64,000 bases of DNA from Planctomycetota bacterium (lineage in GTDB: Bacteria > Planctomycetota > UBA1135 > UBA2386). Position numbers and translations under genes: made by a program. The notes below the pieces were generated by a model. That model saw only the letters and a list, made by a program, of their open reading frames with translations. It was not told the origin of the DNA and ran no database searches. The stretch covers positions 288,001 to 352,000 of the forward strand of contig OZ245838.1 of NCBI GenBank assembly GCA_965228735.1. The letters are read 5' to 3'. Shown in pieces: positions 38,672 through 50,365 of this stretch; within the stretch, counting starts at the first letter, position 1; the number at the start of each line of letters is the position of its first letter.

Positions 38672-38978
38672 CTCGATGGGTTCCGGCTGGGTTCGGATCT
38701 GCACTGGAATCACTGGAATCATCGGCACGATGGCCGTTTCGGCTGCCGCCATTCGCGGTGGTTACACCTTAGGATCCAGCGCCCTGGACGGGGAGCCGAA
38801 CCCGGCCGCGTGACAGCGTTACGACAGCTTCTAGATGTGACCCACGGCCACGTTACGGAAGTCGCCTTGACACGGCCCGGCGGCGTCCCGCCGCCCGCTT
38901 CTCGGGGGCGCCGGTCCAGGAACGGGTAACGTCGCCCGGCCCGCCCGGTTTCCGGACCGATTCGGCGTGGTTTCCGGT

Positions 38979-41396
38979 CTATACGAGGCGAGCCCGCTTT
39001 CGGAGAAGCCACTCGATCGCCAGGATTCCGAGCAGCACCACGAGGCTCCAGGTCGTGTCCCAGATCGACTCCGTGCGGGTGTTCTCGCGCTCCTCGTAGG
39101 CCTTGCGGGCGCGGTAGTCCTCGATGAGCTCGGCAGCGTCGGCGAGGAACACGTAGCGCCCGGCGCCGTCCGTGCTGCCGCTGGATTCGGCGATGCGTTC
39201 GAGCGCCGGGCGGTCCTGGCTCGACTCGGACATCTCCTGGTCGGGAACTTTGACCAGGATGTCCTCGCGCGCGAGCACCGTGTCCGCCGGATTGTCGTTG
39301 GCGAAGACGACGAAGCTGAACGCGCCGGCGTCGTTCATCGTGAAGCTGCCCTGATAGGCGCCCGGCTCGCCCGGGATCGCGCGCAGCACGCGCTTCTCGG
39401 TGGCGTTCGTTCCGTCGCGCAGGTAGATCGGCTGCTCGCTCGACACCGCGGGCTGCAGCTCGGCGTCGAGCATGCGCAGCTGCACGCGCACCTTGTCGCC
39501 GGTCTCGACCGTCAGCTTGTCGACGGACAGCTCGAGCAGGTCGTTGCGCCGCTGCAGGCGGCCCTGCGCGAGGTAGCGGACGACGTTGCGCCAGAACGCG
39601 TCCATGTAGATCTCGCCGTACGGGTTGCGCCACCGCCAGGTCTCGTCGGTCGCGAGGAAGAACGTCATGCCGCGCGGGTAGGGGCTGACGACGGCGACCG
39701 GTCTTTTGCCGTAGGCGTTCTCGTCGCGCGGGTGGCGCAGCAACACCGTCGCGCCGGGCTTGGCGCGCTGCACCGGGTGGTAGACCTGGAACCCCGGCAG
39801 GCCTTCCTGCCACAGCCGCCGGTTGAGCGCCGGGTCGCGCTGCAGCATGAGGATCTCGTGCGGCGCGAGCTCGTTGTCGAGCAGACAGCGGAACGCGGGT
39901 TCGCTGCGCCGCCGCTGTGACATCAGCCAGACCGGATCCTCGAGCACGACGGGCAGCAGGTCCTGCAGCGGCGTGTTGCGGTAGGCCTCCGGCATCGCGA
40001 TCTGGCTGAAGCCGTCGGGGTGGAAACCCGCGAGGAAGCCGACGCCGCCGCCGAACTCGACGTAGCGCACGAGCAGTTCGAGCCAGTCGTTGATGCCCTG
40101 CTCGGTGTTGGCGAGGCGCTCGGGCGCGATCTCGCCCATGAGGATGACGTGATACTGCAGCAGCTCCTTCTCGGTGCGCGGCAGCTCCGGCAGCGCCTCG
40201 AGCTCGAAGCTGTGCTCCTGCACGAAGCGCGGGCTTGCGTCGACGAGGTAGGCCTGCATCTGGATGCTCGGGTCGACGCGCTTCAGCCCGTTCTTGATGT
40301 AGCGGTAGCGCCAGTTGGGCAGGTCCTCGATGTAGAGCACGCGAATGCGCTCGTCGTTGACGCGCAGGAACCGGACATCCTCGTTGTCGTCGAGCTGGCT
40401 CTCTTCCGCCTGCGGCGCGAGCTTGAACTTGAGCGTCCAGTCGCCCGCGTCGCGGAACGCGTGGAACACGCGGACTCGCTGGCCCTCGCCGTTCTCCGGC
40501 AACTCGGCGACCTGGGTCGCGAGCGGTTGGAACGGACCGCCGTCGAGCGAGCCGAGCAGCTCGACGCGGGCGCTCTTGCCCTCGAGCCCCTCGGCGCGCA
40601 GCGTGACGTCGAAGCCGACCTCCTCCTCACGCAGCGCCTCCTTGGGGCCGCCCGGGCCGATGATCCAAGCGTTGCGCGGCGGCTCGGGGTCGCCGACGCC
40701 GATCGTGTGGATCGGGATGCCGCGCGTGGCGTAGCGCTGCGCGACGTCGACCGGATCGAGGCCCGAGTTGTTGCGGCCGTCGCTCACGAGGATCACGCCC
40801 TCGAGCGTCTGGTTGCCAGCGGACGAGAGGTGCAGGTCGAGCGCGTCGCCGAGCGTCGTGCGGTTGCCGCGCGACGTCATCTGCGACAGCGACCGGACCG
40901 GCACCGGCTTGCGCTGCACCCGGAAGATCCGCACGTCGTGCGACTCCTCGAGGCCCTCGAGCAGGCCGCCCTCGCGCTCGAGGATCGCGCGCACGAGGTC
41001 CTGGCGGGTCGTGTTCTCGAGGTCGATCGCGCCGGCGGCCGCGGTCAGCCCGTCGCGCTGCTCGGCGTCGGGGTAGCGGTCCTTGCGCTGCATGCTCGCG
41101 CTGTCGTCGACGAGCACGTGGACCTGGTGGCGCGTCTTGCGGTAGCTCGTGATCTCCCACGCGGGCTCGAACACGAGCGCGAGGCACACGAGGATCGCGA
41201 GCCAGCGCAGGAGCGAGAGCGCGACCCGCGTCGGCCGTTCGAGCCGCGAGAGGCCGCTGTAGCTCCAGTATGCGAACCCGACGGTGAGCGGCAGGATGAC
41301 GAGGATCGTGACCCAGAGCGGCGGCGCGTTGAGCAGCCGGAACACGGGGTCGCCGTCGACGACCGGATCCTGCAGGAGGGACAGCATCGACAGCAC
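38979..41396 (-). CDS. Membrane protein with vWA (MIDAS) and glutamine-amidotransferase-like domains
   Basis: N-terminal TMs, VLVDDSASM, LVSDGRNNSG, RVLYIE, ATDETWRWR, and a C-terminal TM ending EWLLRKR. Confidence 0.85.
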   Translation of the reverse strand: MLSMLSLLQDPVVDGDPVFRLLNAPPLWVTILVILPLTVGFAYWSYSGLSRLERPTRVALSLLRWLAILVCLALVFEPAWEITSYRKTRHQVHVLVDDSASMQRKDRYPDAEQRDGLTAAAGAIDLENTTRQDLVRAILEREGGLLEGLEESHDVRIFRVQRKPVPVRSLSQMTSRGNRTTLGDALDLHLSSAGNQTLEGVILVSDGRNNSGLDPVDVAQRYATRGIPIHTIGVGDPEPPRNAWIIGPGGPKEALREEEVGFDVTLRAEGLEGKSARVELLGSLDGGPFQPLATQVAELPENGEGQRVRVFHAFRDAGDWTLKFKLAPQAEESQLDDNEDVRFLRVNDERIRVLYIEDLPNWRYRYIKNGLKRVDPSIQMQAYLVDASPRFVQEHSFELEALPELPRTEKELLQYHVILMGEIAPERLANTEQGINDWLELLVRYVEFGGGVGFLAGFHPDGFSQIAMPEAYRNTPLQDLLPVVLEDPVWLMSQRRRSEPAFRCLLDNELAPHEILMLQRDPALNRRLWQEGLPGFQVYHPVQRAKPGATVLLRHPRDENAYGKRPVAVVSPYPRGMTFFLATDETWRWRNPYGEIYMDAFWRNVVRYLAQGRLQRRNDLLELSVDKLTVETGDKVRVQLRMLDAELQPAVSSEQPIYLRDGTNATEKRVLRAIPGEPGAYQGSFTMNDAGAFSFVVFANDNPADTVLAREDILVKVPDQEMSESSQDRPALERIAESSGSTDGAGRYVFLADAAELIEDYRARKAYEERENTRTESIWDTTWSLVVLLGILAIEWLLRKRARLV

Positions 41397-41399
41397 CGT

Positions 41400-43736
41400 T
41401 CAGCTCCTCCGCACCGAGACGTAACGGGCCATCGCGGCCTCGAACAGGACGAACAGCAAGGTCATCAGCAGCAGCGACGGGCCGATCTCGTTTCGATCCG
41501 GGTCGTCCGCGGCCTCGGCCACGGCCGGCAGCCCGGTCAGGACGCGTTCGAGGCCGGTGGCCTCCTTCACCTCGGAGTGCGGCGCGTACTGCAGATCGCC
41601 CTCGGCCGGGTCGACGTTCACGGCGAAGCTCGACGTCGCGGGTTCGCGGCCGCTCTCCTCGTCGAGCAGATACTCGAACGTGTAGAAGCCCGCGAAGCGC
41701 GTGTTGGACAGCGGGGGCAGCAGGAAGCGCCCGCCCGCGATCGGTCGCGGCTCTTCGGCCAGGGGCATCTTGCCGGAGCCGTCGCGCTCGGGGCGCTGGA
41801 CCTCGACGTCGAGCGGCCGCGCCGGGACGGAGCAGACGAGCTCGGCGCCGACCTGGACGTGGAACGGATCGAGCGCCGGCAGGGCGAGCCACTTCGCCAG
41901 GCCGTGCAGCACGAAGAACGCGACGGGCAGCTCGTGCAGCAGGTTCCAGCGCGCGGGGCGGAACTCCGAGGCCGGCGCCGAGGTCACGAACGCGATCTTG
42001 CCCTCGCGGTAGGTGTGGGCGACGACGAGCGGCGAGCGGTCGGCGTCGGTGAGGCGGGCAGCGACGACGGCGTCCGGATCGAGCGAGTCCTCGACGATCG
42101 CGAACCAGCGCCAGATCGGCACGGCCTGGAAGACCTCGCGGTAGATCTCCTCCTCGAATTCGCGGAAGACGCCGTGGTCGGGTGCCGTGATCACCGGCTT
42201 GCGCGGCACGGACGAGCCCTCGGGGCCGCCGCGCTGCCGGAACAGCCGGAACGGCTGCGGCCCCTGGCCCGATGGACCCGAGCCCGAGCTGTGCAGGTGC
42301 AGGTTGTAGCTCTCGGGATCGGTGTTGGGGCCGAACGTGACGAGCACGCCGCGGCCGGCGGCGAGCGCGCCGTCGATGAGCCTGGCCGCGCGATCGTTGA
42401 GTCGGTCGACGTCGGCCAGCACCGTGACATCGTACTCGGCGAGCGTCACCTGGCCGCTGAGCAGCGTCAGCGTGTCGACGGTGTGCACCGTGAACGTCGG
42501 CAGCGTCAGCGGGTCCGGGTCGAGAACGAGGCTGTAGAGGTGGCTGTAGGACTGCAGCGGATCCGAGCCCGGATCGCCGTCGACCACGAGCACCCGCACG
42601 CGCTCCCGGACCTCGACGGCGAGGAAGCGCTCGTCGTCGGCGGCGAGGCCGTCGGCGACGAGGCTGACGCGCACCAGGCGCGTGCCCGATTCGCGGAAGG
42701 TCACTTGGAACTCGGCCTCGCCCTCGGCACCGGCCGGCACCGTCACGATGCGCCGCATCGGTTCGCTGCCGTCGATCTCGAGCGTGACCTCGACGTTCTC
42801 CTCGACGTCACTCCGGTTCCGCAGTTGCGCGACGATCTCGACCGGGGTGCGCGCCACCGCGACGGGCTCCGTGAGCGCGAGATCCTGGATCTGCAGGTTG
42901 TCGATCGTGCCGCCGGTCTTCTGCTCGGCGAACGGGCCGACGTCGATCCAGTGCAGGGTCGCGCGGTCGAGCTGCTGCAGGCGGTCGATGACGTCACTCA
43001 CCGTGTCGACGAGGTCGGCGCCGACTTCGCCGCCGGGCGGGTCCGTGGTCGCGCTGCCGGCGGGGGGCTGCGGGCCGGCCTGGCTCGCGAAGGCTTCGCC
43101 GAACGCGCGCCGTTGCAGATCGGAGAACACGTAGACCTGCACGTCCGGATCGGCGTTCTGCTCGATCGCGTCGGCGACCTGCGACAGCGCGCCCGTGAGG
43201 TCCGCGGCGACGTCCTCGGGCCGCGTCATCGCGAACCACTGGCTGCGCGCCAGCGCGAGGTCGAGGTCGTCCTGCACGAGGAAGCGGGGGCGTTCGCCCG
43301 CGAACACGAGCGTGACCTTGCCGCTGCTCTGCTCGTCGGCTTCGAGGCGATCGAGCAGCCGGCCGATCAGGTCCCGCGCGCGCTCGAACGGACTCTGCGC
43401 GCCGTCCTGCGACAGGCCCATGCTGTAGGTGCCGTCGACGACGAGGACGTGGTGCACCGGGCCGCCACCGAACGCGAGACCCGCGACCGAGTCGAACACC
43501 GGGCGGGCGATCGCGAGCGCGAGCAGGATCGGGATCAGGCAGCGCAGGAGCAGCAGCAGCAGGTTCTCGTTCCTGAGCCGGTTGCGCTGCTTCTTGTAGG
43601 CGCGGAGCAGGAACTCCATCGCGGCCCACGGCCGGCGCTTGTGGCGCTGGCGGTTGAGCAGGTGGATGATCACCGGCACGGCGGTGAAGGCCGCCGCCGC
43701 GCCGAGCAGGAACATCGATCCGTTGAGCAGTCCCAC
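41400..43736 (-). CDS. BatA-domain/vWA membrane protein
   Basis: PVIIHLLNRQR...WAAMEFL...LLLLLLRCL...ARP (BatA), VVDGTYSM, VFSDLQ, and a C-terminal TM. Confidence 0.88.
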   Translation of the reverse strand: MGLLNGSMFLLGAAAAFTAVPVIIHLLNRQRHKRRPWAAMEFLLRAYKKQRNRLRNENLLLLLLRCLIPILLALAIARPVFDSVAGLAFGGGPVHHVLVVDGTYSMGLSQDGAQSPFERARDLIGRLLDRLEADEQSSGKVTLVFAGERPRFLVQDDLDLALARSQWFAMTRPEDVAADLTGALSQVADAIEQNADPDVQVYVFSDLQRRAFGEAFASQAGPQPPAGSATTDPPGGEVGADLVDTVSDVIDRLQQLDRATLHWIDVGPFAEQKTGGTIDNLQIQDLALTEPVAVARTPVEIVAQLRNRSDVEENVEVTLEIDGSEPMRRIVTVPAGAEGEAEFQVTFRESGTRLVRVSLVADGLAADDERFLAVEVRERVRVLVVDGDPGSDPLQSYSHLYSLVLDPDPLTLPTFTVHTVDTLTLLSGQVTLAEYDVTVLADVDRLNDRAARLIDGALAAGRGVLVTFGPNTDPESYNLHLHSSGSGPSGQGPQPFRLFRQRGGPEGSSVPRKPVITAPDHGVFREFEEEIYREVFQAVPIWRWFAIVEDSLDPDAVVAARLTDADRSPLVVAHTYREGKIAFVTSAPASEFRPARWNLLHELPVAFFVLHGLAKWLALPALDPFHVQVGAELVCSVPARPLDVEVQRPERDGSGKMPLAEEPRPIAGGRFLLPPLSNTRFAGFYTFEYLLDEESGREPATSSFAVNVDPAEGDLQYAPHSEVKEATGLERVLTGLPAVAEAADDPDRNEIGPSLLLMTLLFVLFEAAMARYVSVRRS

Positions 43737-43739
43737 GCG

Positions 43740-44654
43740 CTACTTCCGACGCTTGGCGCGCGCGGCCCGGGAGCTCAGGTACTGCGTGAGCACGACGTCG
43801 AGCGGCGTGTCGTTCGTGACGCGGACGTAGTCGATGCGTTGGGCGAGGCAGCCTTTGCGGACCGTGTCGGCGAAACCCTCGATCTCCTCGAGATACGCCT
43901 CGCGCAGCGACTTCGGGTCGCACAGCAGCTCGGGCAGCTGCTCCATGCCCTCGAACAGCGTCATGCGTTCGAACGGGAACTCGACCTCATCGCGATCCAG
44001 GATGTGGAAGACGACGATGTCGTGGTTGCGACCGCGTAGCTCGCGCAGGCCCTTGAGCACTTCCTCCGGCTCGTCGAACAGGTCGCTGAAGATCATGACC
44101 ATGCCGCGTTGCCGCAGGTGGCTCGCGAGCTCCCGGAGCACGCCGCCGATTTTGGTCTTCTGCTCTCGCGCCTTGGCGCCCTCGAGCGCGCCGAACACGT
44201 TGCCGAGGCTGGCGCGCGTGTTCGACGGCGGCACCTGCGACACGATCTTGTCGTCGAACAGCGTCAGGCCGACCGCGTCGGCCTGCTGCTGGATCATGTA
44301 GGCCAGCGCCGCGCAGCCGGTCGCCGCGTAGTCGAACTTCGACATCGCGCCGTCGTGCGCGTAGTTCATCGACTCGCTCTGGTCGAGGAACAGGTGCGCG
44401 CGGAGGTTGGTCTCCTCCTCGTACTGCTTGATCACGAACCGGTCGGCCTTGCCGAAGATCTTCCAGTCCAGGTGGCGCAGGTCGTCACCGGGCACGTACT
44501 CCCGGTGCTGCGCGAACTCGACCGAGAAGCCGCGATACGGCGACTTGTGCATCCCGGTGACGAAACCCTCGACGACGAGCCGCGCCCGCAGCTCCAGCCG
44601 CGCGACCTTGTCGAGCACGCGCGGATCGAGGTAGTTGGTAGGAATCTCAGTCAT
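43740..44654 (-). CDS. DUF58 domain protein
   Basis: G.H.S...GFSVEFAQHREYVPGDDLRHLDWK...KQYEEETN...DQSESM. Confidence 0.93.
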   Translation of the reverse strand: MTEIPTNYLDPRVLDKVARLELRARLVVEGFVTGMHKSPYRGFSVEFAQHREYVPGDDLRHLDWKIFGKADRFVIKQYEEETNLRAHLFLDQSESMNYAHDGAMSKFDYAATGCAALAYMIQQQADAVGLTLFDDKIVSQVPPSNTRASLGNVFGALEGAKAREQKTKIGGVLRELASHLRQRGMVMIFSDLFDEPEEVLKGLRELRGRNHDIVVFHILDRDEVEFPFERMTLFEGMEQLPELLCDPKSLREAYLEEIEGFADTVRKGCLAQRIDYVRVTNDTPLDVVLTQYLSSRAARAKRRK

Positions 44655-44933
44655 GACAGCGGCCGCGCCAGCGCGCGCGGCGGAGAGACAAAGTCACCGG
44701 GTTCGTAGGTTCTCGATTCAAGCGCGGGGGGAGTTCGGTTCGGCAACTGCCCCGGTCCTCGGCGGCGAGGGCCTGATGCCACCCGATCCAGCGCGTCGCG
44801 CGTCGCGAGGCGAGCGCAGCTCGCCAAGCGAAGCCCCCCGCTGGTCGTGTGCCGGCCCCCGGGCTGATTCGCCCGAGTGGCCATCGGCCCGACCAGCGGA
44901 CAACGGCCGAGTGATGCGCCGCCTGGCGGCGCA

Positions 44934-45998
<1,065 letters not shown>

Positions 45999-46247
45999 CG
46001 TGTTTCTGTCTGGCGTCTGGGGTCTGTTGGGGTGGCCCGCCCGGGAGCGAACGGACTGGCCCTGGGGAACGGACCATAGCGCACCTACGTTCGGCCGTGG
46101 CCGGCGGTTGGTGTGTCAAATCCGGCTTTTTCGACCGCGTTTGGACGGGGCCGTCGGGAAGAACTGGGGGAAACTCTTCGAAAACGTGCCCGATTCGCGA
46201 GTCGTGGCCCGGCCGGCCAGCGGGGTCGGCCAGCCAACCAGCAGGTC

Positions 46248-46610
46248 CTACCGGCCGCCGGCATTCTGCCGGCCGTCCGTCGCGGGCTCGTCACCATCGT
46301 CGGCTTCCGACGCGTGGGCCTCGTAGAACTCCGCGACCGTGTAGCCTTTCTGATCGATCGCGACGAACAGGCTCTGCAGGTCGAGCGCGGCCGTCGCGTC
46401 GCCGCGCGCGCCGGCGAGGCGGGCGGTCTCGATCGCGTTGTCGTGCCGGCGGCGCAGGGTGTCGAGTTCGGCCTCGGCGTGGTCGAGCTCGCGGCGTTCT
46501 TCCAACGCCGGCAGCGTGTTGCCGAAGACGAGCGCCGCGGCAGCGAGGCAGCAAAGGCCCGCGATCCACAGGGGCAGCGTCGAGGTCGGATGCGCGTCGG
46601 GGTCGGCCAT
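46248..46610 (-). CDS. Small bitopic TM + coiled-coil protein (FtsB/FtsL-like topology)
   Basis: MADPDAHPTSTLPLWIAGLCCLAAAALVFG...LEERRELDHAEAELDTLRRR...DLQSLFVAIDQKGY. Confidence 0.6.
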   Translation of the reverse strand: MADPDAHPTSTLPLWIAGLCCLAAAALVFGNTLPALEERRELDHAEAELDTLRRRHDNAIETARLAGARGDATAALDLQSLFVAIDQKGYTVAEFYEAHASEADDGDEPATDGRQNAGGR

Positions 46611-46760
46611 GGCGGAACGGTGGTCCGAATGTAGCTCGGCCGTCGGGGCGTCGCCAGCGTCGGTCCGCGGAGTTCTCGGGGCGCGTTCGTCGATCGGGGG
46701 CCAAACCGGCGGGCCTCGATCCACAAGGGTATCCTTGGCATCAATCCGATGAGCAGTGAC

Positions 46761-46994
46761 ATGCGCGTGAGAGAAGTTCGCGACCTGGTCGACCGCCGCC
46801 CGTTCCGGCCGTTCCGGGTCTGGGTCTCGGACGGGTCCTCGCACGACGTGGCCGATCCCGGCCTCGTGCTCGTGACGAAGGACACGGTCTACTTCCTCGG
46901 CTACGAGGAGCCCGACGACGAGTTGCCGTCGGTGGAGCGGCTGCTCGACCCGATCCACATCACGCGCGTCGAGCGGCTGCGGACCGCGGATTGA
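46761..46994 (+). CDS. Small hypothetical protein (PFxPF...SDG family), copy 1
   Basis: MRVREVRDLVDRRPFRPFRVWVSDGSSHDV...; paralog of the next ORF; alternative ATG at 46749. Confidence 0.8.
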   Translation: MRVREVRDLVDRRPFRPFRVWVSDGSSHDVADPGLVLVTKDTVYFLGYEEPDDELPSVERLLDPIHITRVERLRTAD

Positions 46995-47105
46995 CTGCGC
47001 GATGGCTGAATGCGGGTGGAGCTTCGCCTGTTCTGCAATTCCCCCCGCGGTTTCTGAAGCGCTCGATGCACCCAGGTATCCTTGGTTCGATTCAGTAGGT
47101 ACGCC

Positions 47106-47339
47106 ATGCGCTTGAAAGAAGTCCGTGATCTCGTGGAACGCCGGCCGTTCGAGCCGTTTCGCGTTTGCGTCTCCGATGGCTCGTCGTACGACGTCGTCGA
47201 TCCCGAGTTGCTCTGGCTCACCAAGAACACCCTGTACTTCATGCGTTACGAAGAGCCGGGCGACGAGCTTCCGGTGACGAAGCGCCTGGTCGACACCATG
47301 CACATCACGCGCGTTGAGGCGATCGGGCGCAGCGAATGA
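47106..47339 (+). CDS. Small hypothetical protein (PFxPF...SDG family), copy 2
   Basis: MRLKEVRDLVERRPFEPFRVCVSDGSSYDV...HITRVE; colinear with copy 1. Confidence 0.8.
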   Translation: MRLKEVRDLVERRPFEPFRVCVSDGSSYDVVDPELLWLTKNTLYFMRYEEPGDELPVTKRLVDTMHITRVEAIGRSE

Positions 47340-47364
47340 CCGGTGCCTCGGGCGCGTCGCCGGA

Positions 47365-48846
47365 CTACAGGTGTTTGGTGCTCAGCCCGCGGGCCGGATT
47401 GCGCGGCGTGCGCAGTGAACCGAGAAAATCGATGACGAGCTGCTGACGATGCAGCGGCAGCGCGGCGAACGCGTTCCTCGCCGCGAGGGCTTCGCCGCCG
47501 TGCATGAGAATCGCTTCGCGGAGCGTGAGAGCACGGCCGTCGTGCAGGTACGGCGCCGTGTCGGCGACGCCCCAGAGGCGGGCCGTGATGAACTCGCGAT
47601 CGAGCGGGTTGCCGGTCGTCTCCGCGAGATCCGGGCCCATGTCGTGGCGCTTGAGGTCGGAGAACATCGGCACGCGAATGCCGCCCGTCGCCGGGGCGGG
47701 GGTGAAGCCGGCGGCGGCGGTCACGAGGTCGACGGCGTAGTAGACGTTCGCGGCCGGGTCCTCCGGCACCTCGGGGAAGCTGTACGTCAGCAGTCGCGAG
47801 TTCGTGTTGATGTTCGGCGTGTGGCACTCGGCGCAGCCGATCGCGGCGAAGACCTGACGCCCGCGGCGGGCCCGCTGCGAGGTCGTGCGGACGGGTCGTT
47901 CGAGCGTCGTCGCGAAGATCGACAGCGCCGACAGTTCGCCGACGAAAACCTCGAGCGCGACGCCGTCGCCGTCGGCGTCCGCGGTGCCGACGACCTCGAC
48001 GGGTTGCATCCCGAAATGGAACTGCATGGCCTCGATGTCGAAGGCGCGCACGCTCAGGAACTCGCCCTTGCGTCCGAACGGCCGGACGACGAGGTCGTGG
48101 TCGACGCCCTCGACCTGCGACGTGTCGAATCCGCTCGGGGTCCACGTGATCGTGCCGAAGTCGACGCCCTTGGTGACGAGCTGGATCGCGGTGCCGGGCT
48201 GCGCCTTGGCCCGCGACTTGAGCATCTGCAGCTCGACCGTCATCTCCTTGGCAACGAGCTCGACTCCGCCCGAACCGAACAGGAACGGCGGGTTGATGAA
48301 GCGCCCGTTGAACGCGGCGAAGCCGTTGTTCTGCGAGTCGTCGACGTCGATCGCCGTCGGCAGCGCCATCGCGTTGTTGTTGCCCCCGCCCACGCCGCCG
48401 ATGCCGAATCGGAACGGCACCTCGGCGGCGCTCACGATCGAGTGGCATTCCATGCACGTCTGCGCGTCGAGCCCGTTCACGCGCAGGAACGCGCCCTGCT
48501 CGTCCTGCAGCGCGGGCCGGCCGCCCGGCAACGTCGTGTTCTGCGGATCGGTCGGGCCGTCGCCGTGACCGTCGAGTCGGTTGAATGGCGACGCGAACAT
48601 GCGCAGTCCGTGGTTCCGGATCTGCCGCAACGGCAACGAACCACTCTGGATCATCGCCTGCGTGATGCGCGGCGGCGTCAGAACCGGATTGCCACCCGGC
48701 GCCTGGGCCCAGGCCAGCGAAGACAGCCCGAGCGAAGACAGGGCGAGCGAAGACAGCGCGAGAGGCAGCGCGGCGCTGACGGTGCGGAGGGGGAGGGGGA
48801 GGAGCACGGTCTGGTTCGAGAGCGGAGGACGAGCGGATCGCGGCAT
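47365..48846 (-). CDS. Di-heme oxidoreductase (DHOR/DUF1111-like) secreted protein
   Basis: CMECH and CAECH heme motifs, PPFLFGSG, FGRK, SDLKRHDMG, LWG...PYLHDGRA.TL.EAI..HGGE. Confidence 0.88.
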   Translation of the reverse strand: MPRSARPPLSNQTVLLPLPLRTVSAALPLALSSLALSSLGLSSLAWAQAPGGNPVLTPPRITQAMIQSGSLPLRQIRNHGLRMFASPFNRLDGHGDGPTDPQNTTLPGGRPALQDEQGAFLRVNGLDAQTCMECHSIVSAAEVPFRFGIGGVGGGNNNAMALPTAIDVDDSQNNGFAAFNGRFINPPFLFGSGGVELVAKEMTVELQMLKSRAKAQPGTAIQLVTKGVDFGTITWTPSGFDTSQVEGVDHDLVVRPFGRKGEFLSVRAFDIEAMQFHFGMQPVEVVGTADADGDGVALEVFVGELSALSIFATTLERPVRTTSQRARRGRQVFAAIGCAECHTPNINTNSRLLTYSFPEVPEDPAANVYYAVDLVTAAAGFTPAPATGGIRVPMFSDLKRHDMGPDLAETTGNPLDREFITARLWGVADTAPYLHDGRALTLREAILMHGGEALAARNAFAALPLHRQQLVIDFLGSLRTPRNPARGLSTKHL

Positions 48847-49054
48847 CGGATTCTCCGCGCCGCGTCGCGATGATACCGGGCCGCGTCGGCCGCGGCATGA
48901 TGGCCCGTCCCGCACTTGCGTCGGAGCGTGCGTTGCAGCGCAGCGGCAGCCCGCCCGGCGCAACATGTGGTCGTCGCCGTCAGTTCGCCGCCGAGTCGGT
49001 CGAGAACGCTCCGCAGAACGCCCCGCAGAACGCGACGTTCGGCGTCTCGGAGCT

Positions 49055-50365
<1,311 letters not shown>

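Noticed and set aside
38760..38870. Several GTAAC/GTTAC/GTGAC motifs upstream of the propeller gene as an ECF promoter or operator
   Set aside because: Spacing and the -10 element are ambiguous, so no single consistent site could be defined.
49005..49036. GAACGCYCCGCA 12-bp tandem repeat after eno, and CACTGGAAT x2 near 38702
   Set aside because: Only 2-2.5 copies, consistent with ordinary slippage, with no functional evidence.
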